In this document: piece by piece, positions 12,679 through 27,198 of the stretch
Layout: each line of letters begins with the position of its first letter
Position numbering within the stretch: the stretch's first letter is position 1
NCBI GenBank assembly: GCA_030324005.1
Contig: JARDVH010000163.1
Location: 54,461,411 to 54,525,265, forward strand
DNA: 63,855 bases
Direction: 5' to 3'
From: Negaprion brevirostris
Lineage: Eukaryota
The notes under the pieces: model-generated
What the model was told of the DNA's origin: nothing
The model's input: the letters and a program-made list of their open reading frames with translations, nothing else
Databases searched by the model: none
Translations under genes and position numbers: made by a program

Positions 12679-14649
12679 CTGTAAGATATTAAGAACACTT
12701 TACTATTGTGTTGATGAACTTGTCCAAAAATAAGCCACACCATGTTGGAAGACAAATTAAGCACAACCCAAACAACAACCTTTACACTTCTGGAAAGATT
12801 ATTTCATTACAGTAGTTGATAAAATCAGTTTTATATATCCATAAACTGAACTATGTTATGTGCACCACCCAAAATGTAGTTATCATTTCTGTAATTTTTA
12901 TGTATTTAAAAATTGGTTGCATATTCTGAAGTGCATTTTATTTAATAAATTGCATGACAAAATCAAAGTATATTAATTTCATAAACATAGCTACAACAAG
13001 GTGAGGAACTTGAAATAACTCCCCTTTTCTTCTGGTGCTTATTTGACTTCAAGACAGTTTGTCTTTTAAGAACTGAGAGAGGATGTGCTTTGCCAATTTT
13101 GCAAATGTCCTGCTATTTACATGTTGAGGCTGCAGAGAATTACTCAGACAGGTTTTCTTAGGTTAAACAAAGAACAAGCTAAGTTTATTGAAACTATTTC
13201 CAAGTTTAGAGAGAAACATGAGACCATTCACATGGTCACATACATTTGTTTGTGGACCAAGGTGAACAAGTGCAGATGCTGTGTAGGAAAATAGGCTTAT
13301 AAGGATTTTACAATCCATTGAAAGAAAAATATGAAGAACATATTAGCTTGATTGATCTTGGCGCATTGATTTTGACAATGGGGAAGTTTATCTCAGCTAT
13401 TTTCCTGGGTGCAATCACATGGAACAGATTTCTACATTTGAAAAAAAATCATGCCTCGCAGTAATTTTCTTCTCAAAATGGTCACTTTACAAACTGGGTA
13501 GAGAGAGTTGGCACACAGCTCTAACAGTCAATTCCAGTACTGCATTGTTCTTTTTCATTTCTTCTCTCCTGCTTGAGATGAATTCCCTTGGTTGTACATT
13601 CCAGAGAGGCTTGATCAGTTCATGTCTGCAGCAGTTCTTGTTTCAGAACAGGTAACGGAATTTTAATGTCTCTTCTCAGAAACATTTGTGGATTCTCAGT
13701 GTATCAAAAGATGCTTCCCAGGGGTTGACTGTCAATTTCCTTTCAACTTTGTGGAATGCAAAATTGGGTTTTATAGCAAGTCAGCCTGTCTGGGCTCCTT
13801 CTTCAAAAATAAAGCACAATTGTCGATATATAGGATTCCATTTTAAAATCAAGGAAAAATCATATCTTCAAAAAGCACAACATTGTCAAGGCAACACTGA
13901 AGTCAAGAAAGCATGGTGTAGGTCAAAACTCATTAAAACCAAAATGCGGTCAAAATATTATTCCTGATGGTTGGTTTGCCAAGCTCAACTTGGCAGAGGG
14001 AAAGAGAACAGTTGCAAAGAAAATTCCTTCCTACAAAAGCCAACCATACAGCAGCACTGACAACGCCTCCAAAAACACCCCTACACATTTTGCTTTTTTG
14101 GGACACAGAATTTATTTATGAATATTTCATTCATTTTTGAAAGTGGTATGTAAGCATCAGGCATTGTTTAAGGAAAACCGTCCTGAAATGCTCTACACTT
14201 CTCACCTGCAACACAGAAGTGAACAAGTTGCAATGGTTGTTTTTCCATTCGCTAATGGAATACGGGTATCGCTGGCAAGAGCAGAATTTATTGCCCATCC
14301 CTAATTGCCCTTCAGAAGATAATGGTGAGCTGCCTTCTTGAGTCACTGCAGTTTTTGTTAGGTCATGACCAGAGGTTCTGCATTCAATTTGCAAAATTTC
14401 CCAACCAAATAATTATAAAATCACTTGAAGCTTTGTTTATTTAACAATTGTACCAAAATGGACATTACCAGCAGAATACATTGTGTTACGTTATGTAAAA
14501 TGGCTTAGCAACCAATGCCATTGGACATTCACTGCTATGTGTTAAATTTCACATCCCAAAATAATTCTGTCCTGGTAGCAGAGTATATTTCATTACAGCA
14601 TTCACAGTAAGATTCTGAAAACATGATAAATGCAAAGTGGTAACACTTC

Positions 14650-15031
14650 CACACCGAAATTCACAACATTGCCATGGCAATGCACGATTATATTACTGGA
14701 CTGGTAACCTAGAGCCTGAACCAATAATCTGGAGATCAAGTTCAAATCTGACTACAACAGTAAAGAATTTAAATTCAGTTAAACAAATAAATCTTGAATA
14801 AAAGCCAGCCCTAGTAGCAGTGATGATTAAACTACTAGAGATTGTTGCAAACATTCAACCAGTTAACTGATGTCCTCTAAGGAAAACAACCTATCGCCCT
14901 TACCCAGTCTGGTCTATTTGTTGTTTGTGATTTCAGATCCTCAGCAATGTGCCTATCTCTTAACTGCTCTTTGAAATAACCAAGAAGGCCACCAATAATA
15001 TGGGCCTTGTTAACTATAACCACATCCCATG
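14650..15031 (+). mobile_element. tRNA-derived SINE sharing the LINE 3' end (related copy at about 61240-61480)
   Basis: AGTTCAAATC B-box-like motif; GAATTTAAATTCAGTTAA; tail complementary to the 18280-18350 LINE end. Confidence 0.55.
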
Positions 15032-15872
15032 NNNNNNNNNNNNNNNNNNNNNNNNNNNNNNNNNNNNNNNNNNNAGTAGGTTTTAGACCAAGCCAGAGTA
15101 GATTTGGAGGAACAAAAGCCAAGTGTTACTCAAACCACTCGAAAGAGTAGTTGCAGAGCAGCGCTAGCAGACACCTGCAAATACATCACCTAATATACTT
15201 CAAAAGACTTTGAAGTGAGCAACATCGTTTAAAAATGCCCACCATAACCTTCTCAAGGGAGAATAAGGATGGATAATAAATAAGTCTTGCCAGTATACCA
15301 ATATCCTGTGAATAAAATATTTTAAAGTACAAGCTCTCTACAACTTGGTCCATAATCTAGACAGAGACACAAATGACATTATCAATGCATTTAAAATGGG
15401 AAGCCAAAAACGTCCCCACCTTCTTGTACTCGCTTATTATGCCACAGCAAAATATTTAGTAATTAAATGCAAATATATCAGTGGTTCCCTTTCTCTAATT
15501 GTTTCTTGGGATGACTTAACCTCATCAAGCCTTTTAAAAGCAATGTACGGAAATATGCAACAGGTATATTAAACAAGTGGATATCGGCTCTCAACGAATG
15601 GTGGTTGGGAATGTTAGGAAAATAAAAGTAATTTTGAGGCAGTGAAAATAAATAATTAGCTCCAAACAGAAGATACTATGACAATGAATTTCATATTTAC
15701 AAATAATAAATCTGTCATCATTTACAAATGATGCATCAGGTAAACAAAACCTGCATGCAAATGCCTTCAACTGTACACTTAATATTGTTCAAAGTGTACT
15801 TTTAAAGGTGGAATAAAAACATAATAAATACAAATTCCTATTTCATCTCCCTCCCACTCAAAATAAAATCTA

Positions 15873-16046
<174 letters not shown>

Positions 16047-16895
16047 CTAGACAGAGACACAAATGACATTATCAATGCATTNNNNNNNNNNNNNNNNNNN
16101 NNNNNNNNNNNNNNNNNNNNNNNNNNNNNNNNNNNNNNNNNNNNNNNNNNNNNNNNNNNNNNNNNNNNNNNNNNNNNNNNNNNNNNNNNNNNNNNNNNNN
16201 NNNNNNNNNNNNNNNNNNNNNNNNNNNNNNNNNNNNNNNNNNNNNNNNNNNNNNNNNNNNNNNNNNNNNNNNNNNNNNNNNNNNNNNNNNNNNNNNNNNN
16301 NNNNNNNNNNNNNNNNNNNNNNNNNNNNNNNNNNNNNNNNNNNNNNNNNNNNNNNNNNNNNNNNNNNNNNNNNNNNNNNNNNNNNNNNNNNNNNNNNNNN
16401 NNNNNNNNNNNNNNNNNNNNNNNNNNNNNNNNNNNNNNNNNNNNNNNNNNNNNNNNNNNNNNNNNNNNNNNNNNNNNNNNNNNNNNNNNNNNNNNNNNNN
16501 NNNNNNNNNNNNNNNNNNNNNNNNNNNNNNNNNNNNNNNNNNNNNNNNNNNNNNNNNNNNNNNNNNNNNNNNNNNNNNNNNNNNNNNNNNNNNNNNNNNN
16601 NNNNNNNNNNNNNNNNNNNNNNNNNNNNNNNNNNNNNNNNNNNNNNNNNNNNNNNNNNNNNNNNNNNNNNNNNNNNNNNNNNNNNNNNNNNNNNNNNNNN
16701 NNNNNNNNNNNNNNNNNNNNNNNNNNNNNNNNNNNNNNNNNNNNNNNNNNNNNNNNNNNNNNNNNNNNNNNNNNNNNNNNNNNNNNNNNNNNNNNNNNNN
16801 NNNNNNNNNNNNNNNNNNNNNNNNNNNNNNNNNNNNNNNNNNNNNNNNNNNNNNNNNNNNNNNNNNNNNNNNNNNNNNNNNNNNNNNNNNNNNNN

Positions 16896-17740
16896 GGATT
16901 GTTAGAGCTTGAAAACTCTCTCAATCATCTGGGGGATTCTGAGGAGAAAGTCACAGATACTAACTTGAATTCCGAATGGAATGTACACATTTGGCCACAG
17001 CCAATATGTGTGTTTAAAGAGACTGGCGATACTGAGACCATTGTTGCTTAAGATGATCATTGTAATCGATGTGAATCTTAAAATCTACATGTATTTGTTA
17101 CACCAAAGAAGAATATATAAAAACATATTTTATCACTTTTTCCTGTGTGGCCCTGCGACGCTATTTCTCCATGTTTTATAAACAAAGAAGTAAAAGTGAG
17201 AGTCTTTTGAGCCAGGGTTCCAGTCTGGGATCTTTGCGTCCAGTTGTAACATCAGTTGGAATTGTAATTGGAAGGAGGAAGAATTGCAAGTAGAACAGCG
17301 AAAGAATGAGGCCTAAAAGATCATGGGGGTGATTCTCCCAGCCTGCTGCACTGCTCAGGTAGGGACCTTTACCAGGCTTCCCACTGAGCATCACGGCCTC
17401 CGCACTAGGACCAAGATTTTTTGCGTAATTAGCTCCATGCCGGAAATCAGTGCAGAGTTGATTATCATGTTGAAATCACTATTTCAACGTGAATAGTGAG
17501 CCTGTGATTAGCAGGGTCAATACATTGGGTTACAGGGATATATAGGGCCTGGGTGGGATTGTTAGAGCTTGAAAACTCTCTCAATCATCTGGGGGATTCT
17601 GAGGAGAAAGTCACAGATACTAACTTGAATTCTGAGTGGAACGTACACATTTGGCCACAGCCAATGTGTTTAAAGAGACTTGCGATACTGAGACCATTGT
17701 TGCTTAAGATGATCATTGTAATTGATGTGAATCTTAAAAT
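16896..17740 (+). repeat. About 185 bp near-identical direct duplication (16896-17084 and 17556-17740)
   Basis: Both copies read GGATTGTTAGAGCTTGAAAACTCTC...GATGTGAATCTTAAAATCT, with a few substitutions and a 4-nt indel. Confidence 0.9.
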
Positions 17741-19549
17741 CTCCCTGCCAGGAGTGGTTCCTTCCAGCAAGATTTAGTCCTGCTCCCCACTAACGGGGAA
17801 CAGGCAGCCTGACCTTACTGGAGGAAAGAGAGGCCACTGAGGCCCCCTCCACACCCCAGAAGGTCGGGGGTAAGGGGATGTGTCCCTTGGGCAGTGCCAG
17901 CCTAGCACTCTGGCACTGCCCACTGGACATCAGGCAGTGCCAAGGAGGTGAGGCACACTGCTGCCACTTTGCACTTGTAGCGTTGGGAAAGGACAGAGGA
18001 GAAGAGGGCAATCAGGACTGGCCATCCTGGGTGGTGGTGGTGGTGTAGTAGGAAGGCCAGCAATGCAGGGTCACCGCACATGCACTGATCTCCACACTGA
18101 CAAATTGGCACATGTGCAGTGGCCCACTCAGCGCTATGCTGCCAGTCTCTTGGGCGGAGTAAGCTCCACCCACAGATTTCCAGAGTGAATCCCGCTGAGG
18201 TACTCTGATGCAGAGTGTCGGAGATTCATTCTGGAAATTACACAAACAAAAGCATGACTTACACTCATTTTCCCACTTTTTAAAAAATTTATTCGTGGGA
18301 CATGGGCGTCGCTGGCTGGCCAGCATTTATTGCCCATCCCTAGTTGTCCTTGAGAAGGTGGTGAGCTGCCTTCTTGAATCGCTGCTGTCCATGTACTGTG
18401 GATTGACCCATATTGCCATTAGGGAAGAAATTCCAGGATTTTGACCCAGTGACTGCGAAGGAACAGCGATATATTTCCAAATAAGGATGGTAACTAGCTT
18501 GAAGGGGAACTTGCAGGTAGTGGTGTTCCCATTTATCTGTTGCCCTTGTCCTTCTAGATGGAAATGGTCATAGGTTTGGAAGGTGCTGTCTAAGGATTTT
18601 TGGTGAATTGCTGAAGTGCATCTTGTAGATAATACACACTACTGCTACTGAGCATTGGTAGTAGAAGGATTGAATGTTTTTAGATGCGATGCCAATCAAG
18701 TGGGCTGCTTTGTCCTGGATAGTATCAAGCTTCTTCAGTGTTGTTGGAGCTGCACCTATCCAGGCAAGTAGGGAGTATTCCATCACACTCCGACTTGTGC
18801 CTTGTAGATGGTGGCTAGGCTTTGGGGAGTCAGGAGTTGAGTTACTTGCCACAGTATTCCTCGCCTCTGGCCTGCTCTTGTCGCCACTTTGTTTATGTGG
18901 CGAGTCCAGTTGAGTTTCTGGTCAATGGTAACCACAAGGATGTTGACAGTGGGGGATTCAGTGATGGCTAAACCACTGAATGTCAAGGGATGGTGGTTAG
19001 TGTCTCTTATTGGTAATGGTCATTGCTTGGCATTTGTGTGACGCGAATGTTCCTTGCCACTTGTCAGCCCAAGCCTGGATATTGTCCAGATCTTGTTGCA
19101 TTTGAACACGGATTGCTTCAGTATTTGAGTCGCCACGAATTGCACTGAACATCCCCACTTCTGACCTTATGACGGAGGGAAGATCTTTGATGAAGCAGCT
19201 GAAGGTGGTTGGGCTTAGTACACTACTCTAATGGATTCCTGCAGTGATGTCCTAGAGCAGAGATGACTGACCCTCCACAACCACAACCATCTTCCCATGT
19301 GCCAGGTATGACTCCAAGCAGCGGAGAGTTTGCCCCCGATAGGGTTCCTTGATGCCACACTCGATCAAATGTGGCCTTGATATCAACGGCTGTCACTCTC
19401 TGTCACACCTCTGGAATTCAACTCTTTTGTCCATGTTTGAACCAAGGCTGTGAAGTCAGGAGCTGAGTGACGCTGGGAAAATCCAAACTGGGCATCACTG
19501 AACAGGTTATTGTGGGAACTTAGATTTTTTTTTGGGAGAATCCTGGCCC
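17325..19549. mobile_element. Non-autonomous Harbinger-type element interrupted by a LINE
   Basis: Inverted ends GGGGGTGATTCTCCC and GGGAGAATCCTGGCCC. The right subterminal region resembles the reverse complement of the left ends at 5219 and 56549. Confidence 0.6.
18280..19515 (-). mobile_element. 5'-truncated non-LTR retrotransposon (CR1/L2-type), RT C-terminus and 3' end
   Basis: Frameshifted ILVVTIDQKLNWTRHINKVATRAGQR..GIL and RSVMEYSLLAWIGAAPTTLKKLDTIQDKAAHLI. The same 3' end occurs at about 1540 and 14240. Confidence 0.85.
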
Positions 19550-19948
19550 ATATCTGTTACACCATCCTTAATTACGATCCCACTTCTGGTAATGTTTCAG
19601 TTCAATGACCTTTCATCACTTCTGAAGGTAACTGGCTTGAAATGTTAACTGCTTCTCTCTTCACAGATACTGCCAAACCTGAGTATTTCCAGCATTTCTA
19701 TTTTTATATCATATTCCTTGCACCCGCAAGAACTTACTGACAGTATCCTGGCAAACCTAAGGAGGAATTAGGGTATTTTGCTTTGGCGTATCTATTATTT
19801 CTGTTTGAAAGATAACCATCCTGTATGTGTAGCAGCAGCTGAGTCAACTCTAAATCACACAAGTTACATCTACATCAACAAGGGGCTACTTGAGAATTAA
19901 TGGATGACCCGCACTCAGGCTGTCGCTTCCATTCATTTATCCTTTTAC

Positions 19949-20005
19949 CTTGCAGATCTTCTGTGCATGAGCTCCTGACAAACTTCCTCCAAACACTGTA
20001 AAATC
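19949..20005 (-). CDS. PCCB: PCCB coding exon 4
   Basis: DFTVFGGSLSGAHAQKICK; AG/GT boundaries; 57 nt. Confidence 0.97.
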
Positions 20006-20950
20006 CTACCAAAAGAAACAATTATAAAATGAGCAACATACAACATGCATCAGTTTTGTACAAAAATGTGAAGTTGCTTTACTTTTTCCATTGTATAACC
20101 AGCAAGTTTAAATACTGCAATACTCTTACCCAATATCTAAAAGACAAAAACTATTCTCACCCTTATGCAGTAGCTTCAATAACACACAAAGTTTACCAAG
20201 GCACTTCATAAGTGTGACCATACCCCAGCAGGGCACAGAAGAAGTTAGAGATAGATCAGGAGGACAGAGGCATTTAAAAGACAAAACTTAACCGTGCAGG
20301 GTCAAGGTGGGCATATGCATTTTAAAACAAACTGATCAGCCCACCAATATTTGTTTGCCAATCCAGCTTTTTTGTTAGAAGGTGGCAATTCTTACCAGTG
20401 GAGTAACAGGGCAACTTTCATGAATTCAGCAAAATGTACATTTCAGTAATTTCTCAAATCTTCTACTCTCACAACAGCATCTCTTCATGCATTAGGTAAT
20501 TTAACGAATTCTTAGAAAAGAATTTTCATTTAGTTGGTATCAATGAGGTCCAGAATGTCAAAAGGGTCAAAGTTTTGTATCATTGAGGTCCAGATTATAG
20601 AAAATAGCCTAAAATACTGAAAGACTATTCAAGTCTCAACATTAAATTTACAGAATGTTTTCACTACCTTAATTCAAAGAGAACAGAGGGTCAGACAAAA
20701 TAGTGAGTTCATGCTCTCATTGATAGCAAAAGGAAAAGGAAAGTTGACAAACGTGCTGACCTTTCCAATTGAGGTAGTGGTATTTGAGATAGTGATTATT
20801 CATTTTTGTTCTTTCTATTATCATTCTTCAAATTAAGTTAGATGCCATACTTCATTTCACCGATGCATCATAAAACGTTATCACTATGAGATTTAAAGCA
20901 AAACCTTGTGGTGGTTTAGATGTGTGAAATTTTTTCAAGAAGAGAAACTA

Positions 20951-21040
<90 letters not shown>

Positions 21041-23663
21041 CTATAAAATGGTTTAAAAACAAAGAAGAAACCAATAACAAATGAACTTAGATGTTTGACA
21101 ATGTGAAACCATACTGGATCAAGTGTAGGATTGAGATAGCACCCACTCATTCTTCAAAGCTCTAGGACATTTTTTGGTACCTGATTGAACATGGAAAAGG
21201 AAGTACTAAAAACAATTATACTTTACAGAAATATTTTGCAGAGTGATGGATTTAATAAACATTATGAACTATACTACGCTTCTCTGCACAACAAGAGGAG
21301 CAATGTCATGACTGTGAATGGAATACTAGTATACCAACATCAGCATTAAGCAATTTGATTTCAGAAAAAACTTTTGGATACAAAAATAAAGTTTTATTCT
21401 AATCTATCCCAACAATGTGCTTTCAGCCCAGCTCAGAAGTGTACTCCAGCAATATTATTTCTTTCTTTTAAATTTCTCGTGCCAGCCATACCTCACAGAG
21501 GTCATATGTGGGCAACTTTGTACTAAGGGCCCCTGACATTCAGGTGCTGGATTGATCACACCCCAACTGATTCTCCAGAAAAACTTTGAACACCAGTGCA
21601 GTTTGATAAGAAATGAAACTGCCAAAGAAGAGGGCAGTATATTAACTCACTATAACCTGTCCCCATCACAATCTTGGTTGATCAAATACAGGTCTTCCTT
21701 TAAAGATACTTGCAATTGGGAACACATCTAAGAAAGCTCTATAATCAACTCACCAAGGATACATTTTAAAGTATTCTGTTTAGTTAAGAGAACTGAATTG
21801 CGCTTCAAAATTTCCTACATTTACATTGAACAATGTGACTAATCTATTTTTGTAACAGATATGAGGTTATGATGTGTTGAGCCAGTAACAAAAATTTGAT
21901 TCTTTTTAAATGCAGTCCAATATTAAATTATGATTTTAAACATAAACACTTGAAAACATTCAAACAGGAAGTTTCTACTTACTGGAAGAACTATCACTGT
22001 AACTTTTAAATAACTGCTTTGGCTTGGAATGTTTTGCTGTAAAATTTTAATTTAACCTGTGTTGGATGTACTACCTATAACAATCTCAGGAAGCAAGATA
22101 TTGTGTAAGCAAAAAAAAAAAACTGACAAAGGGGGCTTTTAATTAATTGGCAAGTTTGCCACAATGTGATACAATGTTTTTGGTACCCTCTTCAAAATGA
22201 TAAATCATAAACCTTGATAAATATTTTGCTTGTCTCTAAAATACAGCTTTACAGAACAGTTTGGTGAATGATCCAGATCCCATACTTTTCAGTAATTGTT
22301 CCTTCATTGTCATTAATAATAAAGGAAATCAATGCATAGGTACTGAGACTTGTCAAGTGTCATACTTCATTCTCCCAAACAGAATGCCGAGCCATTCTTT
22401 GTACCATTAACATTTGATGCAAGTGATAGCTTACATCAACTAACAGTGGTTTTATTGAAGGAAATAGGCAAAGTTTTTTTTATATCCCAAGATATTTCGC
22501 ACAGGTAAGAAACAGTTGGTGAGCAATCGAAGATCAAACGTATGATTAAAAGGATAGGTTTTGAAGGATAAGGGGGGTCATGTGGTGCAGAGGGTTGGAC
22601 ACTGTTACCTCATCTCCCCTGGGTTCAAATCTAACTTGGACTAAGGGGACCCAGTTCTGTTGAATGAAGTTTCCTTAGTTAAATAAGCAGTATCAATCCA
22701 ATTCATCACGTGCATATGTACACAGTACTACCCCTAATTTGGCACTATTTAGTACACATTCACAAAGGTGACAGGATGTTAGTAGAGAGCAATTTCTGAA
22801 CGTGGAACAGCAATGTGCTGTTGAAAACAACCGCTGCCCGAAATGGATTTATGCCCCATCAAAAACATCCTCAACTATGATAAGCATAAAATTCACAAAA
22901 ATGTAAAAAAAATTGAAACCAAATTATAATCAAAAATTAATTAAGGTGTGAAATTGGGAACATTGGGTAGGGGATAAGCAAGCACAAATGGACTTCACTT
23001 GAAGTACAAATTATTGTTCAGCATTCAAGCATAGAGAAATTTCCTCAAAAGACACAGACTATCTGTGATTGTGTAGTCAGATTGCTAGGGCTTGTTTTCC
23101 TTCCAAGTGGTAAACTGAAAAAAGTCGTTTTCTAAAGCATGTCTGCTGAAGTACAACACAATCCACAGCAAGTGGCACTCTAGTGCACAGAATTACCCTT
23201 GCTTTTTTGCCATAACAACATGTTAGCATGGAACTGTTTCAGCATCTTATTCATTTGTGCCATTCATCTGGCTCACCAAGAGTGATAATGAAAACAAAAT
23301 CTGAATCAACAAGTTTACATTAAAAGAAATTCTGAAGATGGGGGATGGAGTGAATGGTTTAAAGCATTCAATTTTTTTTTTAAATGGAGAAAAAAAGATA
23401 TTCTTCCCATGAATATCTTTTGTTTAATTCTCAATATTACTGATGCCTGAAAGGTCTGCATCTTCAAGCAGTAGATTTCTTGGAGCCTTGACAATCTTCA
23501 GGCCAGTCCAAAATATAGCTGCTGGCTCTCTGGAATATAATCTGTAATTTGCATCACTCCAGTGCCCATGGGAAAGGGACATCAAAATTTAAAACTGGAT
23601 TATTTGTTTTTGCTATTAAAAAAGAGCATGCCACATTTATAATGAATATCTTGTTGCTGTTAC

Positions 23664-23783
23664 CTTATTGTCTTCTGTGCCCATACCAAAATCTGAACAC
23701 CTATGTTCTACAAACTTGTCATATTCTACAAAGGAGTCACGATCCAAGAGCAGCTGGACACGTTCCCTGGCAGTCAGCTTTCC
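23664..23783 (-). CDS. PCCB: PCCB coding exon 2
   Basis: [40 protein letters not shown]; TAG acceptor, GTAAC donor; 120 nt. Confidence 0.97.
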
Positions 23784-26700
23784 CTAGGTGGACAAAATCA
23801 TAAGTATTAATGACAGGGATGGCTTTAATTAATCTATGCAAATTAATATTTCAAGGAATACAAAAAGAAACAGGAAAAGGGGGAAAAAGGAAACAACTGT
23901 TATTTCCAAAATTTTTTTTTAAAATGAGAACTTATGTATATATTGAAATTACAAAGGATTTGGAATACCCTCAAGATTCACTTTGAAGTTTTCTTTTCGT
24001 CAAGTTTCTTAAGTACTGCAGTTTACCTGTTAAGGTACCACTGGTAATGCTACTGCTTAAATCCAACTTTCATGGAAGTGTCTGCAACTTCCATATATTC
24101 AGAAATGAACTCTCCACCTAATTTACCAGGCAACTGAACATTGAAACTTGCAACATTCTGAGTATATTTTGTGACTACAGGCAGCTATAACTCCCTATAC
24201 AACAATTTGCATTCACATTGTGCTTTTAAGTAGAAACACACTTCAAAGCCTAATCAGACAAAATTGGATGCCAAGACAAAGTGGAAGATACAAGGAGGGA
24301 TGGCCAGAAACTTGGTAAAGTGACAAGTTATGAAGAGGCTGGTAAGATACAAACGTTTAAAAATGGAATTCCAGAGCTCAGAATCTTAATCAACTAAAAG
24401 CACAAATATACTAGGCAGAGGAGGGAAGGATGCACAAAAATCCAGTCACTAAAACAGTAGGAATATGCAACTATATAAGCTTTTGATTGAAATCTATGCA
24501 TGCTGCTTTCCATACACAATTAAGAATTAGCAATACTTTAAGCCTACACTCAATTGGTTTATATGTCATATTCATGAAACAACAAATCATATCTGCAGTG
24601 GCTATACACATGCTGATGAATACCTTACAAGCACCAAAAAAAACCCATCATCAATAAAGGATCAACAATAGTAAAGGGCAAAACAGAAAATCAATAAAGT
24701 TGCTCCAAATTCATTGTTATCTTGGCTTTGCATGAAAATCAACAGCTTGGTACTCCAAACAACACTTGGAATGCAATAAAGACATAGGAATGTACAAAAA
24801 AATTAATGTAAATTTGTGTGAAATTCTTTTACCTGAATGTTTGTCTCATATCAGAAATGGAACACTCGAACTGAATGGACAGTAACCTAAAATTCTCTAG
24901 TCTACCTGTCTGCACCTAGAATGTAATTAAATAATTTCACAGAACTGGCCATTTGACATTAGCTGTGATTAAGGACACTGGATTTTTTTTTGTTTAAAAA
25001 CATCAAGTTCAAAAGATTATTTGTTACTTTAAATTCAAATAAGTGACAGGAAAACAAAAATTATTTACCATAGTTAAGGGACTATCTATTTAGTAAATCA
25101 AGCACAGTATTGTGTAAAGTAGATGCACTTTGAAATATTGCCATTATTTAACGTTTAGTTATATGTTCTGAATAGTTACAGCAGCTGTCTCTATTTACTG
25201 ATGCTTTATGCTTAGAACATAATGTCCAAGGTTACAAGGCAGAGGATAACAGGACCAGGGTGTGCAGTTGTAATTTAATCTGTGCTTTAAAGCCATATAT
25301 TATGGACACAATAAATGCACGCAAGTGTAGGATTTGCACTTTATATTTTAGCTTTACAGCTGAACAAAAGATCAAACAAAAAATATAAAATAGTGTAATA
25401 CCAAAAGGACGACATCAGTATATATTGGGTGGCGTGTTGTTTCAAATACAGAATCCTGGATTTTAACTAGGATTATTTAGAAAAAAATTTAGCAACATTT
25501 TTTGCAACTTTGTTTGTAAAGTAGTAATAAGAAAATCTAGTTTAAATTTTTCTTCAGTTTAATATTTCTTGCTTCTGAAACAAACTGGTGTCTGTTTACC
25601 AGTCTAGCTAGGAAACAGATGAGACATTAAGTCTCTCTCTCTCTCAAAGACAACTTTAAAGCAGAATTACAATTTGTATTATTTTGGCTTAAAGCATTGC
25701 GTCTCAAATCTTCAACTGAGACCAAGGATGGCACAAACTGTAATACAAATTAAAAAGTTCTGTTCAAAATTGAAAGAGAACTTGATTCAAAAACAGATAT
25801 CATTTGAATTGTGCAATAATGGAGACGTAAGAAATAGGAGGAGTAGGCCACCTAGCCCCTCGAGCCTGCCCCGCCATTCAATAAGACGTATTTGTAGGTT
25901 TTCGCTGAGGAAAGATCTGTTTCCTAAATAGTCTGAGATTTTGCTATTCCAGCTGACCATAATGGACTGGCCACTGCCACATTTGTTGCTAACTCCTCAG
26001 CATAGAGTACATGACTGAGGCAAATAATGCTTGACTGCTTAAATAGTAAAAGCTGCATAAATAGTTCCAGAAGCCTCAACTGAAAGCCAAATGTCCATTT
26101 TATCATGTAGATTTGAAGTGCTTACTCTTCTCTAAGATACATTGATAGACCAATGCTATGCAAGGGAAGCAAATGTATTTCTTCACCCACCTTCAGAGGG
26201 GAAGAAAATATTATTTTCTTTCCAGAAATTAGTTTAAAAGATTATGTACTTTCATGCATCTTTCACATACCCATTTCGAAGTCTTTTAGAGATATTCATA
26301 TCACAGCTCCTTTCCATAACAACGTAACTTTCAACTAGCCATAAAAAGTCACCAGAAATTTCCACATCTTAGACTTTGTCAGATAAACTTCCAGCAACAG
26401 GTTTACCCTAAAGTCTTGTACCTGTGTTATAATTCTTATGTTTCAGGGTTATCATGGAGCTGTGTTTAAACTAAACTGTCCCTTAAAGAACATTTTTTCA
26501 GGGACTGGCTTTGGGAAAAAGTGCCTAAACCACATGGAGATCAACGGAGATTTATTCTGCTGGGATATTTCTGTAGATTTGAATTGTTGGTTACTGCTAG
26601 GGCAGAGATCAGCAAGAAATTGTCTTTCTTTTTTCAGATGTAATTTTAATTTCACACTGATTTTATACATTGTTACAAATGTAAAATAAAAGATGATCCA

Positions 26701-27198
26701 TTGCATTTTAGCAATAGTACATCACAAATTATTCAAAAGCAAAGGCTCAGGAAATTCAAATGGTTAAAATAGAAGGTGGTTCCTTGTCCTCAGAAGTCCT
26801 CTCAGGAATGACAGTGCCTCCAGAAGCAAAATCTGCCACAAACAAATAACCAAAATATTTCTGCAGCAGAGTGCAAATTCACACTCACTCCACACCAAAG
26901 AAGATGGTTGTGGTTTGGTTGGAGCAAATGTTGCACAAATTCAATAACTAATCAATAAATATGCCTCCTTGCTCAAAATAAAAACATACCAATAGTATTG
27001 AAAACGCACACAAGGATTAGGGTCACAAAAAAAAAGCTTTATTGCTGGCAAACTGACAGCAGTGCGCAAAAAAGTCTGTTCCATCATATACATCTGATAG
27101 GAGCTCGCATTGGAAAAAAAACAGAACCATATGAGTGCCAAATNNNNNNNNNNNNNNNNNNNNNNNNNNNNNNNNNNNNNNNNNNNNNNNNNNNNNNN

